Of a stretch of 64,000 nt of DNA, positions 46,424-59,459 are shown piece after piece (the first letter of the stretch is position 1; each line of letters begins with the position of its first letter). Origin of the DNA: Macrostomum lignano. Lineage: Eukaryota. The stretch spans positions 156,776-220,775 of the forward strand of contig NIVC01001936.1 of the NCBI GenBank assembly GCA_002269645.1, given 5' to 3'. The position numbers and the translations under genes were made by a program. The notes under the pieces were generated by a model. It did not search any database. It had not been told where the DNA came from and worked only from the letters and a program-made list of their open reading frames with translations.

Positions 46424-47039
46424 ACAGTTTTTTGTAATATTCCCCAGTCCGTGTACTCGTATGCTGCTGCTAATAAGCTTTACGGCTATTCGTTTTCGAC
46501 TAATTGCAACTGCGTCAAACATGTGCCGGGATTAGTGTACGGGAATCAAAATATTTTTTTAATTGTTAAATGAATTGCTGTTCCATTGTTGAAACTGTTT
46601 AAATTCAACTAGATTACCTTTGCCTTACATTTTTTGCTCCACGTTAACTTTTGTTTGAATTTAATTTAACATTGTTGTTCTTTCTCTTCATCAATACTCA
46701 CACTGCATTTACTATGTATAGTGTGCTTTTGGTAATCTTTTTATGTTTTTCATTGTTACGTTAAGTCGTTATATTGCATTCTCATACTGCTGTTTCCTTC
46801 TTTTTTCACTGCTATAAACTACTAGCCAATCAGCATTTTTTGCATTTACAGTGTTATAAATACACACCTAACAAACTGTTTCTCCCATTTTGTTACCCAG
46901 ATCCACTACCAAACTCAAAACTCTTGAGAGAATTTTACCTTAACTTCTATTTGCTTTTAATCAGAAGTGAATAATTATTACAATCGGAAATTGTCAGCCT
47001 AAGCAATTTTCTTACAATAGGCAAATTAAACCATCAATT

Positions 47040-47345
47040 GTAACTTTTGGTAACTTTTGGGAGCTTCTCACCAGAAGCGAATGGAAACATCAATGGCAAC
47101 TTTTGGGAACTTATGGGAGCTTCTCAACAGAAACGAATGGAAACATCAATGGCAACTTTTGGTAACTTTTGGGAGCTTCTCACCAGAAGCGAATGGAAAC
47201 ATCAATGGCAACTTTTGGGAACTTATGGGAGCTTCTCAACAGAAACGAATGGAAACATCAATGGCAACTTTTGGTAACTTTTGGGAGCTTCTCACCAGAA
47301 GCGAATGGAAACATCAATGGCAACTTTTGGGAACTTTTGGGAACT
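47040..47345. repeat. Subterminal tandem repeat (alternating ~55-bp units)
   Basis: GGGAGCTTCTCA(C/A)CAGAA...GAATGGAAACATCAATGGCAACTTTTGG, about 5 units. Confidence 0.9.
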
Positions 47346-48129
47346 CCCTATCCCCGTACGTGTAAATTTGAAATGGTAACTTTTGGTAACTTTTCTGCCA
47401 AAAGTTACCATATTCCGGCCCTCTGATTGGCTATGTGTGTAAATGTTTCCTAACGCGTACGCCTTCCGATTGGCTGCGAGAATGGTAACTTTTTGGTAAC
47501 TTTCATAGGCAAAAGTTCCTGTAAATGTTTCCATAATTTTTCAACGGGTTAGCCATTTCCCTTAGAATATCAGAAGTCCGCTGGAAGCGAGAACCGAGGA
47601 AAGTCGCCTCAGGGCAGGAAGAAGCACAAAAAGGCTGTGACCCTCTGATCCCGGGAACGCCCAGGACTGAGAGAGAAAAACCTCTATAAGAGTGAATAAG
47701 TAAGAATAGAGTAGGTAGTGCCATTAGACCGCTTAGGCCAGAAGGTACGAGCTACTCGTACTCGTACATACAGGCGCTACCAGTAGAAATAAGTAAAAGT
47801 ACATGCAAAAGTACATATTAACTATGAATAGGAGAACATAGGTATCACCATAGCACAACTTGGTGGCAGCAAATAAGATTATCCCAGAGAAAAGGAAGAG
47901 AAAGCCCTGGGACAACTTTGGTGGCTAACCGGTGGGATAGTTCCAAGAAGACAGAACAGTTAAAATCTAGCCCTGTTACTAGACTTATATTGAATATTGT
48001 GGAAGGCTTTCCCTTTTTCAGATTATGGTATTAAAAAAGTAAACCTTTTTTCCAATTGAATCCGCGCGCTATTTATTTTACTACGATAAATAATTGGTTT
48101 TAATACGCAACATTTTAATTAATTTGTAT

Positions 48130-48900
48130 TTTTTTAATTTGAACCCATTTTTGGTTTGTTCAGTGAAATCAGATATTCAGACACTTTCGTGTTCAAGTTA
48201 GGCATTGCAGAGCGGGTCTGTAGTCGGTGATCGAGTGGAGCTGCAGGTGTTGCTGGTGTTGCTGGCCACCTGTTAAAATGGCGGGTGGTTTGCGACCTAG
48301 GCATATCAATGTACCTAGGTCGCTGTCTAACAGTGATAACAGTAGTTACCGTCTGGAGAGATAATCGCGGGCTTCGTTGCCCAGGATATTGTTTTGACTG
48401 GGGTGTCCAGATAATTCTAATCCTTTTAAGGACTGAGAGAGATTGCACACAGCCGCGGCATTGAGATACTAGCTAGCTGTTTCAGCGGAATTTTGGCCTG
48501 TTTAAGGCCTTGATAGCGGCTTGGCTATCAGTGTAAAAATGAATATTGAAAGTTCTGAAATTCACCTGCTGGAGCAGGTGCTGGACACACTGCTCAATGG
48601 CAAAAATTTAGGTTTGGAAAACCGAGATATTCTCACCAAGGTGTAGACTTTCCTGAAAGAGCTTCTTACCCTTGTGAAGATGACGATACCCGCTCCAGCG
48701 CGGCCGTTAAACAGCGAGCCGTCAGTGGAGCAGGGAAGCCCTGGCTGTCTGGAAACCCCTTCTGATGTTGACAGTGAGGAGGCGATCCTATCCCATCGCC
48801 TGGGTCGATGTGGATGTTGATATAAAGTCTCGGCGGGCGAAATCCATATGCGGGATTAGAGTCTTCATCGACATATAGCCAAAGTTGTGTTATTTATTGT
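48130..48900 (-). mobile_element. Degenerate 3' fragment of an RNase H-containing non-LTR retrotransposon
   Basis: [53 protein letters not shown]: the LINE RNase H motif series, with stops and frameshifts. Confidence 0.72.
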
Positions 48901-50599
48901 TTTATCTCCGACAAGTCGAGAGGCCTTCCGTCCTAATAAATAGGTGAAGCGGTGGTAAATGAAGGATAGTTGTTCAGCCTAGCTCGAATAGTAAAAACTC
49001 TACCCTCTATAACTTTATGTATTATATATAACTTTATGAAAGTACAACGATAATCAGACTGCTACAAAGAACTGCTGTACATCAGCAGTAGAAATTTATA
49101 CGAGACAGGGGAAGCCCCTATAGAACAACTTTGGTGACAGCGGTGGGATGAAAGAAAGATCTCCCCTGTGACAATACTGTTAAACATGTATTCGAACTAT
49201 GAAGCTTTACAATAAAGCTGACACGCTACTAAAGATGAATATTTGATCGATATGTATCAAATATGTCTAAATATATCACGATTTCTGTGACCGGCGAAAA
49301 TCTATGAAGCTCTTATCTCCACCAGTGTTGAACAAACCCAATCACTGAATCTCATACCTTATCTGAGTTATATCGTATTTTCTACATAAATATTTTCCAA
49401 GAAACAAACTTTCCCGTCCTTACATATGCCCCTCAGCATCAGAATATATTGAGTAGTTAGCCAGCTTAGCAGCTTAAAAAATCGCAGGTAGCATCTTAGA
49501 ATATTATTACAGGTTTGGGTCCAGGAAAGTATTATTGGCCTAGCCTAAGCGGTTTCTGTTGTTGGACAAAACAATGAGTTGAGGCCGTAAAGCCAGCCAG
49601 CATTCTATTCAAGCCGCCATATTGTGTGTCTCTCACAATTCTAACCGCTTTTCCAGCAGGAGCTGAAAAGATGAAGATGGCCTGGCTCCCTGCAGCATCT
49701 GGGTTTGAAATTTCCTGTTGTGTTGGAGATCCAACCCTGACGGAAGCTACAAATGCAAATTTTTTCTTCCCTTTATCCTGCCATTTTCCTGAAAAATTTT
49801 AGTCAAGGACGACTCGAGCAAGGAGTGCTGAGTTCCAAATTTGTCCTTGCATTCTTACAATAAAAAATCGATGACACGGTGCCCAAACCTGATGAATAAC
49901 CTGCAGCTGAACACGATTGCAAATTCCTAATGGATTGGTAATGCATTGACATTCTGCGGCCTAATCTAGCTATAGGCTAATTTTAGACACAATTTCGAAG
50001 TACGAGCTATCATGGATTTCACGGCAATACATAATGCAGTGTGTAATAAATTGAAGCTAAAGGCTGGTAGTGAATGCGTAGGAAAGTTAAACGTGGAGAG
50101 CCAGTACACACAACTGGGCTCTTATATGACTTGTTTATTCTTATTCATCACCCTAGGACTAAAGAGGGTGGTTGGCCTGACTGCCCAGACCCCACCATGC
50201 TAGCCACGCGTAAAACGCAAACAACCCGACGCAGTGCACATGCACTGAAACACACTAGCCAATCAGCGCGCACGCAATACTAACTAACTAAGAATGCACA
50301 AAGCATAATATTGCAATAATAAAAATACACTAGCATATCGCCACAATGTCACACAGTGGATACACGCCGGTTTTATCCAGAACTTAAACTGTTCGCTTTA
50401 TTTACGAGATAAGGAGATCACTTTGTCAAATGACTGAGCCGTTTTCTTCACCCACAAAAACAGCATAGAGGCGAGACTGAAAGTCCTGACAAAAACCGAT
50501 GCTTGCAGATACTGATTTTTCCCAACGGACAAGTAAAGTACATGTAAGAGGAGGCTAAACTTGCAAATCATGCTGGAGGCTTCTTTGGAGGCAGCAGTT

Positions 50600-51300
50600 T
50601 GCTACAAAATTCATTACGGAATTAGGAATCTTTCAATCGACATGCAGTCTGGACCACGGCTGCGATCGAAAGGGCGATGGGTGCACTGACGCTTTGGACG
50701 GATTCGTCTGGTTGAGCCTGGCCCTGACGGAGGTTTTGCATGACTTGACGGAGTTCTCCACGTCCTTGTACTTGCGACCACACGTACGTACTTGCAGCTG
50801 CACGAACGTGTGCATTCGGACGGAGTGCGGGCGGAACGACGATCCTGAATCCCCACAGCAAGCAGCCCTGTTCATTGAGAGCTTGTTTCTCTCGGTCATG
50901 TAGAGAAGCTTCGAGACTGTGCAATGACCTTGGCAGTCAGAGCCGAGCCGACCTCTTCGTCGATTATTAAAAAGTTCACGGCTGTCGGTCTGAACTCCAG
51001 TAAAGTAGCGAAGGCTTCTTCCGGCCAGCTGCACCCTTTTTGATGTAACCTGGACTGAGCCGCAATTTCGGAGGGAGTAGGGCATGGCGATCCTGCAAGA
51101 TTTTCTTGAGGTCGTCGTAAGACTTTCCAGCCACCTTTTCTGGCTGGCAAGTTTTGAAGTACTGTGTAGGCTTCTTCTCCTATGAGCATGGCGGTGCTGT
51201 GTGGCCATCTTAGCGGTGTCCTCTGTATTCTTAGCGTAGACTTCGAAGTCGGAGTCCTTGGACAGTTCCGGAACGCGCCTACAAGCTGAACTCTTCGCCG
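50600..51300 (-). pseudogene. Degenerate Gypsy gag remnant
   Basis: LIGEEAYTVLQNL gag motif; frameshifted Cys/His-rich knuckle region; degenerate PBS-like CGGCGAAGAG near 51291-51300. Confidence 0.6.
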
Positions 51301-52165
51301 TTATGATAACTCAAAACGAAGTCCGATGGTGAGTCTTTGCGAGCACTTTAACTGGGAAGTGGTCATCGAGTGGCAGACGGACAATGAGGCGTGACCATAA
51401 GTCGAGTGTCCAGTTTTACATTTGTGGGCTCCTGGGCCCCAACTTAGCCTTAGCTGTGGTACGAAAAGAAAAGCGTGGGCGGTGCATGCATAGCATGGGG
51501 GAGTTGTTTAGATTGGGTGAAGAGAAAAGTGAGGGGAACAAACAGGGTGCCGTAGTCAATGGGAGCAAGCAGACTCTTGGCCAAGGCTGCGGAGGGATCC
51601 ACAGCTCAGGCCATCACAATCTTTTCCCGGAATGTTACCAGAGACCAAAAAGCAAACAGTAGTAGAAAATCTGTTCTTCCTGTCTCCTTTGTGTATTTTT
51701 CTGATATGATTTTTCTTGATTTAATTTGCATTTGGAGAAACCCAATCTATCGCCACGCAAAATTGCAAATCTTTGAGAAATCCAGTTAAAAACCTACTGT
51801 GTATTGCGACTCTATAGCACTTTTTAATCCTTTCTCTCGACAAACTTTTGAAGCCACCTCAGACAAAAAACCGATTTGTTTGCATTTCGGACGAGCAGAG
51901 GGTGAGATGCTGTAAATTTAACTTTCCCATCACGCTAAAGCATTTTGCGGCAAAAAAACTGGATTTTAGTGTAGCTTTCTATACGAGCGTATTAAGATTT
52001 CCATGGCTCCATCAAAAACGCCAAGCAAGACTCGATATACCAAAGGAGTTGCAATTCACAGTTAAACAGAGGCATTCAAACCTTGCTTCAGTATCAGGTA
52101 ACCTCAATTCCAGATCGCTGTTAAACTGTTTTCAATATTGCCCTTCGCGTGCTTGTCCAGCTCGA

Positions 52166-53203
52166 TCAATCAAACGGCGACACGCACTCGCAGAGGGCGC
52201 CGTAGGCTCCCGAATCCGTGATGTCCACCAGCTTCGGCACTGTCGGGTACCGAGCCGTGGCCTTCTCCCCAAACGAATTGGGCTCGCCAGAGCCCCAGAG
52301 CGTATCGTCCACCGTGATGTTGCAGGCCGTCCAGAGCCAGCCGTCCGTCTGAGCGGCACCAGGAAACACGCGGTAGCCGCCCAGGTAGACAGCGACTCCC
52401 GGGCTGAGCGCGGTGTACATGGCTTCAACGTGGCTCATCTCAGACGAGTTAGTGACATCGGCCAGCATCGCCAGGCCAGAATCCGACTCGCACCTGTCAG
52501 TTCAGGCAGTTCAGGCCGTGAGACGTTTCTGCTACCATTTGACACATGGATACGGACACGGAAACACCCTCCGAGTCTAACTCTGCCCTGAGTTTCATCC
52601 TCCGGCAGTGTGCTCACTGTGCGTCTTGGGGTTGGCTCTTACTAATGAGTGGCAATTGCACATAATTCAGGCCAACATTCTACACGAGAACCCCGAACTG
52701 ATAAGGCCGCCATACCGCGGAATCGAACCGCGCACGGAAGCGGTGCCATTTCAGCCCAACCCATTCCAGCCACGCACCTGAGCTTCTGGGCTGACCAGGT
52801 GGCGGTGCTGTTGATCAGGCGGTACTTCACTCGCGCACAGCTCGTCTGCGTAGCCAGGCGGGCACAGCGCGCCCGGCTCGAGTCCCGGCTGCCGCTTCAC
52901 GAACAGGCGGCCTCTCCGGGAGCAGCCGCAGTCCCGCACCGACTTGCTGCACCTGTCAAACACGAACAGCTGGCACGGACCGTCGGCCATGGTGAAGGCC
53001 TGGCAGCTCGGCTCTCCGCCGCACTCGATGGAGCACCGCAGCTCCGATGCGATGCCGGGCAGCGTGCGGGTGAAGGCGCTGCGGATGCACAGGGAGCCGC
53101 TGCTGACCTCCCTGAAGGCTGTGTGGCACAGCTGCTGGCTGCTCTGGGCTTCTGCCAGAGAGACTGAGAAAGCCAAGATGAAGAGCGCAGCGATTGGATG
53201 CAT
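52166..53203 (-). CDS. Secreted PAN/apple + C-type lectin domain protein (2 exons, one frameshift near 52833)
   Basis: Signal peptide MHPIAALFILAFSVSLAEA; PAN-like CSIECGGEPSCQAF...CQL; intron 52777-52494; CTLD with VYLGG, GWLW, WGSGEPN, ALCE. Confidence 0.75.
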
Positions 53204-54819
53204 TCAGCTGCTTTGGACAACTCAGGGGTTAATTCTATGTTCGCGATTTGGCTGGTCCCGTCTTTTACATGTAGGTACGCGTCAGTTTTGTTTTAAACAG
53301 CTTTCCCGGCTTTTGATTTGCTGTGACGAGACGGGACCTGCATGCGAGTCTGCTGACTGCTGATTGGCCTGCAGCCGATACTGGAATTCGACTGGAGTTT
53401 CCATTCTGTTCGAGCTTAAGTGTGCGAGACAGACTATTTCGATAACCAATAATTGCGCTCGTAGAAATGTCAAATAATGAGAAAATTACGGAATAGTACA
53501 TGTACTTTGACTGCATTTATCCCAACTTGAGTCTATAAGAAAAGCAAGGATAATCTGCATCGCTCGACTGTCAGATAGCAATGCAAAGTGTGTGATGAAT
53601 CACGTCAACTCTGATAGTTAAGTTAGAATGTAACGAAATGCTTCAGCAACTGCTTTGTGAGTGCGCGCGTCTGTATAGATTAAATAAGCTCGCGATGAAC
53701 ATTAATAGTGCAGGTTGTGGCAGAAGTTGAGCTGCTGTCATTCGTCGAGCTTGGTTGCTTCTCATATTTCTTTTGTCGGGGCGATTGGGAGAGCGCGCCA
53801 TTTTCTCATGGGAGATCATGCTGGAAGAGTTTGGTTGCCAAGGGTCGGACGGTCCCCTCAGCTCTGCCTCCTCTCGTGATGCCCTCTAGTCAAGTAGTTA
53901 AGATGACAAACGTCCTTAAGACAGCTCGGACTACTTACCTGTAAGTGCTTTTTACATATTCTTGGATGCGATCCTTGAGAATAAAATTTTCTAAGCACCC
54001 TGCTGCAAAAACGATGCTTTTATGAGTAACACCTGCCTTGAATCTGGAGCCGAGATGCCTCATTTTAACCTTCGACAAAATCTACACGATTTTTAAGTGT
54101 TGCGTCTTTTACATCTGTGCTGTATTTGTAAATGAATCCAAGCTAGTGGAGGAGGCAATCTTCAGGTGCAAATTACAATAACCGGATCGATATTATGGCA
54201 TGCTCCTCCGAAGCAATGTATCCGCTTCAATTCCAGACAAATAACAAATAAAATGAAAACATAATTCTCACTACACTACTATGAGCAGAGATAATTCCTT
54301 GACCGCTATTTTAATAACAAAAAGGCCGATAAAACTGCAGCATATTGTGCGGCGCAGCACAGCTGAGCACTAAACTCAGCATGGCGTGACTGGGCTGCAC
54401 CGAACACAGGCCGGCCGCAATCCATTCCTTCCAGCCAGCTGTCTGAACTTGGCAGTTAAATAAAGTTAAATGTCAGAGCCGCCCAGCATAGCTGCTAAGT
54501 GCACCGGGGTAGCAAAAGTGCTCACTCACTCCGCACAGTATGGACTCGTGCACTCCAATGGCCTGGCAAACTGCCTGAGATGTCCGATATGGACTGTCTG
54601 AATCTCTTCTGGTGTCTCTTCCGGATTCTTTCAGTCTTGCTCCCACATCTACCATCTTTTTTCTTCCTGACTCCCAGGTTTCTGTTTATTACTCCCATAC
54701 ACTTTACAATGTGTACATGTATCTCTCTCTTCCTGATTCCCCTGGCTCTCTCCCTGACTCCCCTATTAATCTCCCTGATTCCCCCTCAATCTCCTTGGTT
54801 CTCCTCCAAATCTTTCCTG

Positions 54820-55080
54820 ATTTCCTTCTCAATCTCCATTATTCCCTTCTCAACTTCTGGATTCCCCTCTCAATCTCCATTATTCCCTTCTCAACTTCTT
54901 GATTCCCTCTCAATCTCCATTATTCCCTTCTCAACTTCTGGATTCCCCTCTCAATCTCCATTATTCCCTTCTCAACTTCTGGATTCCCCTCTCAATCTCC
55001 ATTATTCCCTTCTCAACTTCTGGATTCCCTCTCAATATCCATTATTCCCTTCTCAATTTTCTGATTTCCCTATCAATCTT
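54820..55080. repeat. ~41-bp pyrimidine-rich minisatellite
   Basis: Unit TTCCCCTCTCAATCTCCATTATTCCCTTCTCAACTTCTGGA. Confidence 0.9.
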
Positions 55081-56024
55081 CCTGATTCCCCTCTCAATCT
55101 CCCTGACCCCACACCTCGCCTCAAATGAACTCCAAGAAAGCCTACATGCAACATTAATTAAGTACACAATAAACTTTGCGCAAATTTCAAATTCAATGAT
55201 GTATGATGCAATAAAGCATATTAGATTTACTCAGACAGAATCTGAAACTGATTTAATTGTTACAGACGGCGGTAAAACATGGTGCACACGATAGGCAGGC
55301 GGAAGCCGATTTGTACAATGTACAATGCCACTTAACAGTATGGAATTTGTACAGAACAGTCTCCTTATCAGTGTCATGATGGCGAACAAGGCTAAACCCA
55401 AATTATAAGCGGATATACAATTAGCAGAGGCGAGCACAGTGAGTAGCGGGTCTGGCAGGTCCGAACAGCAATCAACGGAAGCGGGATCAGGATTAACTTA
55501 ATTAGGTCTATCTATAATTATAGGATGAAGCAGTCGGTGAAACTCTGGATGAGCGGCAGGCAGCGAGGCGGTCAGACTTGGCGGTTTAACCACGTCCGAG
55601 TAAGGCAGAGAAAAATATCGATAACTACTGTTAGTAATATTTGATTCTACTGCCGCAGTCGCACAGCATGCAATCAACAGTTCTCTGTCACTGACGATGT
55701 GTGCAGCAGCATTAAGCGAAAAATAAATGAAAACAGAAGACAGAAAGAAACGGACAGAAGCAGACATGCAGGTGGCTGGCTGGACCGGTGCTCCTACTGG
55801 TGAGGGTTAAAACTTTAAAACAGAAAAATAACAATTAAAACGTGAGGAGTCTCTAGGAGATGAAAGATGTGGAGACGCGATCGAAATGGGGGACAGGCAG
55901 GGGGGTCAGAGGAAGTGGCGAAGGCCGAATCATTCGAGTAGCTTTAAATACTGCCGATCTAGCAGCATTGGTGTGAACAGAATGACTGTCAGAGAGGCGC
56001 ATGATCTACCACCAGATCTTTATT

Positions 56025-57105
56025 GAATAGATTAGCAATCCATTCTATTCTGACTTACTGAATAGATTAGCAATCCATTCTATTCTGACTTACTGAATAG
56101 ATTAGCAATCCATTCTATTCTGACTTACTGAATAGATTAGCAATCCATTCTATCCTGACTTACTGAATAGATTAGCAATCCATTCTATTCTGACTTACTG
56201 AATAGATTAGCAATCCATTCTATCCTGACTTACTGAATAGATTAGCAATCCATTCTATTCTGACTTACTGAATAGATTAGCAATCCATTCTATCCTGACT
56301 TACTGAATAGATTAGCAATCCATTCTATTCTGACTTACTGAATAGATTAGCAATCCATTCTATTCTGACTTACTGAATAGATTAGCAATCCATTCTATTC
56401 TCTGGCTTATTGAATAGATTAGCAATCCATTCTATTCTGACTTACTGAATAGATTAGCAATCCATTCTATTCTCTGGCTTATTGAATAGATTAGCAATCC
56501 ATTCTATTCTGACTTACTGAATAGATTAGCAATCCATTCTATTCTGACTTACTGAATAGATTAGCAATCCATTCTATTCTCTGGCTTATTGAATAGATTA
56601 GCAATCCATTCTATTCTGACTTACTGAATAGATTAGCAATCCATTCTATTCTGACTTACTGAATAGATTAGCAATCCATTCTATTCTGACTTACTGAATA
56701 GATTAGCAATCCATTCTATTCTGACTTACTGAATAGATTAGCAATCCATTCTATTCTCTGGCTTATTGAATAGATTAGCAATCCATTCTATTCTGACTTA
56801 CTGAATAGATTAGCAATCCATTCTATTCTCTGGCTTATTGAATAGATTAGCAATCCATTCTATTCTGACTTACTGAATAGATTAGCAATCCATTCTATTC
56901 TGACTTACTGAATAGATTAGCAATCCATTCTATTCTGACTTACTGAATAGATTAGCAATCCATTCTATTTTCTGGCTTATTGAATAGATTAGCAATCCAT
57001 TCTATTCTGACTTACTGAATAGATTAGCAATCCATTCTATTCTGACTTACTGAATAGATTAGCCATCCATTCTATTCTCTGGCTTATTGAATAGATTAGC
57101 AATCC
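56025..57105. repeat. 35/37-bp minisatellite, about 30 copies
   Basis: Unit TGAATAGATTAGCAATCCATTCTATTCTGACTTAC, with a TCTGGCTTAT variant. Confidence 0.96.
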
Positions 57106-57232
57106 AATAATTATTATAACTATGGAGCAGACTACCAATACACCTCAGACGCGAAGCAGACTAGCAATCCATCAGTTCCCCATGCCCGATCCCGCAGCAG
57201 TAAAGCGCGGCGATCCGGCACCGCGCAGTCCT

Positions 57233-59459
57233 TCAGCCCGCATCCGCGGTAGCTGCGGTCGCCGCAGCCTCGTCGTGTTTATTCAGCGCCAGCGCCAAAT
57301 CTGACAAAAATCGGCGCACAGCCTGCGGCGAGCCGCGCGCTACGGCGGCCGCCAGACCGTCGGGCGTTAGCAGAGGCGCCAGCGCGGGCCACTGGCGGAA
57401 CAGCAGCGCCAGCAGCGCCAGCAGCAGCGCGGCAACGCAGACGATGACGAACGGCCGGCTGCGTAGGAAGCCCAGCAGCCACAGCAGCAGGTTGATGAGG
57501 CAAGAGGCTGCAACGAAGCCGTAGGACAGCAGCGCCACCAGCAGGTTCAGCATCCGAGTGCCGGTGGTGGCGGCCGAGTCCGGCCGGCCGTGCGGGCAGG
57601 CGCCGGGGCCTTGGAGGTCGCGGACAGCACGGCGATCTTGTTGTTGATGTCGTCAATCTGCTGGTCGACCAGCATCAGCTTGTTGAACTCCTTGGACAGG
57701 TTGGTGAGGAACACCTTCATCTTCTCCAGCTCCTTTTGGTTGTCGTCCAGGCTGGCCGACAGCTCCTGGATTGGGGGGGGGGGCGTGCATGCTTGGGCGC
57801 AACCTAGAGACTCACCCGGCCGTTTCTATTGGCACCACACACATGTAAGTCGCTATTGGCTGCGTCCAGGCTGCGTCCAATAGCGACTTACATGTGTGTG
57901 TTGCCAATAGAAACGGCCGAGTGATTCCCAAGGTTGCGCATGTATGGCGTGTGGGCAAGGGGTGCTTGCACTGCACTCACCGACTCCTTCAACACATTCA
58001 CTGACTAAGTCATCCTATTTTCTGACTCATTCATCTGATTCACTGACTCAGTCATTTCATTCACTGGCTGGGCCGACCAATTACCTGCTGGTCATATCTC
58101 AGCTTATGGATTTCCGAGTCCACCAGCTTGTGAATATCGCCAGCTTCATCCTGCAGTCGGTTGCGCACAACGTCCAGCTCCTCGGTGAGGGCCCGCCGCT
58201 GCTCCTGCAGCAGGTGCTCGAAGTGCTCGCGCAAGGACTCGGTTTGATCGCAGCTGACAGCCGGGGCAGCGGGAGACGTGGACGCGGCGGCAGCAGCAGC
58301 CGCAGCGGCCGCCTCGCTGGCCGACAAGAAGCGGGCGGACTCGCTGCTGACGGAGGACGAGGCGCGGCTCTTGGGCGGCCGGTAGGAGCGGCTGGTGGTG
58401 GACCGGGGACCGCCGCCGCCGGTGACGCCCAGGCCGAAGGTGACTGGCGGGCCGCTGCCGCCGGCCTTCTGCCCGAGCCGGCTGGCCTCTTCGTCAGACA
58501 GGCTGGTCTTCTTGCCAGTGTTCGGCACCTCCGACGAGGACACGGTGAGCACCGACTCCGCCCCCGACTGCTGCTGCTGCTGCTGCGAGAAAAGCGGCGG
58601 CGGCGGAGCGGCTCCGTGCTCCAGCGACTGAGACTTCTTCTGTGGGCTGCCGACGCTCGGCCGCTCGATGCCGACCCTGCTGACGCTGCCGGGCCCGCCG
58701 CTGCCGCCGCCTGCTGGAACGCTGGCCGCCGCCGCGCCGCCAACCAGCAGGTCGCCGGATGAGGCCGTCTTGGCCTTCAGCAGGTTGGGCATTTGCAGCA
58801 GGCGGTGCTTCTTGGCGTCTTTTTTCTTCAGCTGGCGCACGTAGTCGTCTGGCACCACCTGGCGGGTGCGGCGGAGGTGATGAGCTGAAAATCTTCAATT
58901 ACTCGAATCCCAGCCTTTCCTTAGCAACTCAAACTACTCGAATCCCAGCCTTTCCTTAGCAACTCAAACTACTCGAATCCCAGTCTTTCCCTAGCAACTC
59001 AAACTACTCGAATCCCAGCCTTTCCTTAGCTAGCAACTCAAACTACTCGAATCCCAACAGCTTAAACTACTCAAAACCCAACAACTCAAAGTACTTGACT
59101 CTCAGCCTGTCCCAAGCAACTAAATTTACTCAAACTGGCTACCTCAGCCAGGCCAGTAAATCACACACCTGCTTTGGAATTCCGTGAGCCTTCAGCTCGT
59201 TGAGCTTGAACTCGAGTTTCTGGATATTCTTCTGAATGTTCTGCGTCCTGGTGGTGAACTCGCCCTGCTCCCGCTGCAGCCGCCGCTTCGTCTGCTCCTG
59301 CTTGGTTGAGTCCTGGCCGAACTTATTCAACTCCTCAATGGCCTTGGAGGTCTGTGACTCCCTGTGCATCTGCTCATCCACCAGGTTGCGCCTGTACTCG
59401 CGAATCTTGTCCTCCAGGATCTTGATGTACTTTTGTGTGGCCTCCAGATTTACATTATC
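57233..59459 (-). CDS. TMCC: TMCC/TEX28/Dementin-family coiled-coil protein with two C-terminal TM helices (5' end not located)
   Basis: Exons about 59459-59169, 58858-58085, 57765-57233 (one-base slip near 57600); IQKLEFKLNELKAHGIPKQ resembles TMCC ...EVEQNGIPRQ; two hydrophobic segments ending LFRQW. Confidence 0.72.
57797..57939. repeat. 143-bp near-perfect palindrome in a TMCC intron
   Basis: About 63-bp arms around the 17-nt spacer CTGCGTCCAGGCTGCGT. Confidence 0.9.
58901..59070. repeat. 35-bp minisatellite in a TMCC intron
   Basis: Unit ACTCGAATCCCAGCCTTTCCTTAGCAACTCAAACT, about 4.5 copies. Confidence 0.9.

Larger units (their letters stand above)
41679..47548. mobile_element. 5.87-kb TIR DNA element (CCC..GGG ends, 2-bp TT flanks; CMC/EnSpm-like by inference)
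   Basis: TIR CCCGTTGAAAAATTATGG(G/A)AACA at both ends (22 of 23 match); TT on both flanks; subterminal TTTTGG(T/G)AAC repeats near both ends. Confidence 0.8.

Noticed and set aside
41679-47548. piggyBac classification for the CCC..GGG element
   Set aside because: The flanks are ACTT and TTAG, not TTAA.
22775-57105. CRISPR arrays
   Set aside because: All arrays are head-to-tail tandem repeats without unique spacers, there are no cas genes, and the context is eukaryotic.
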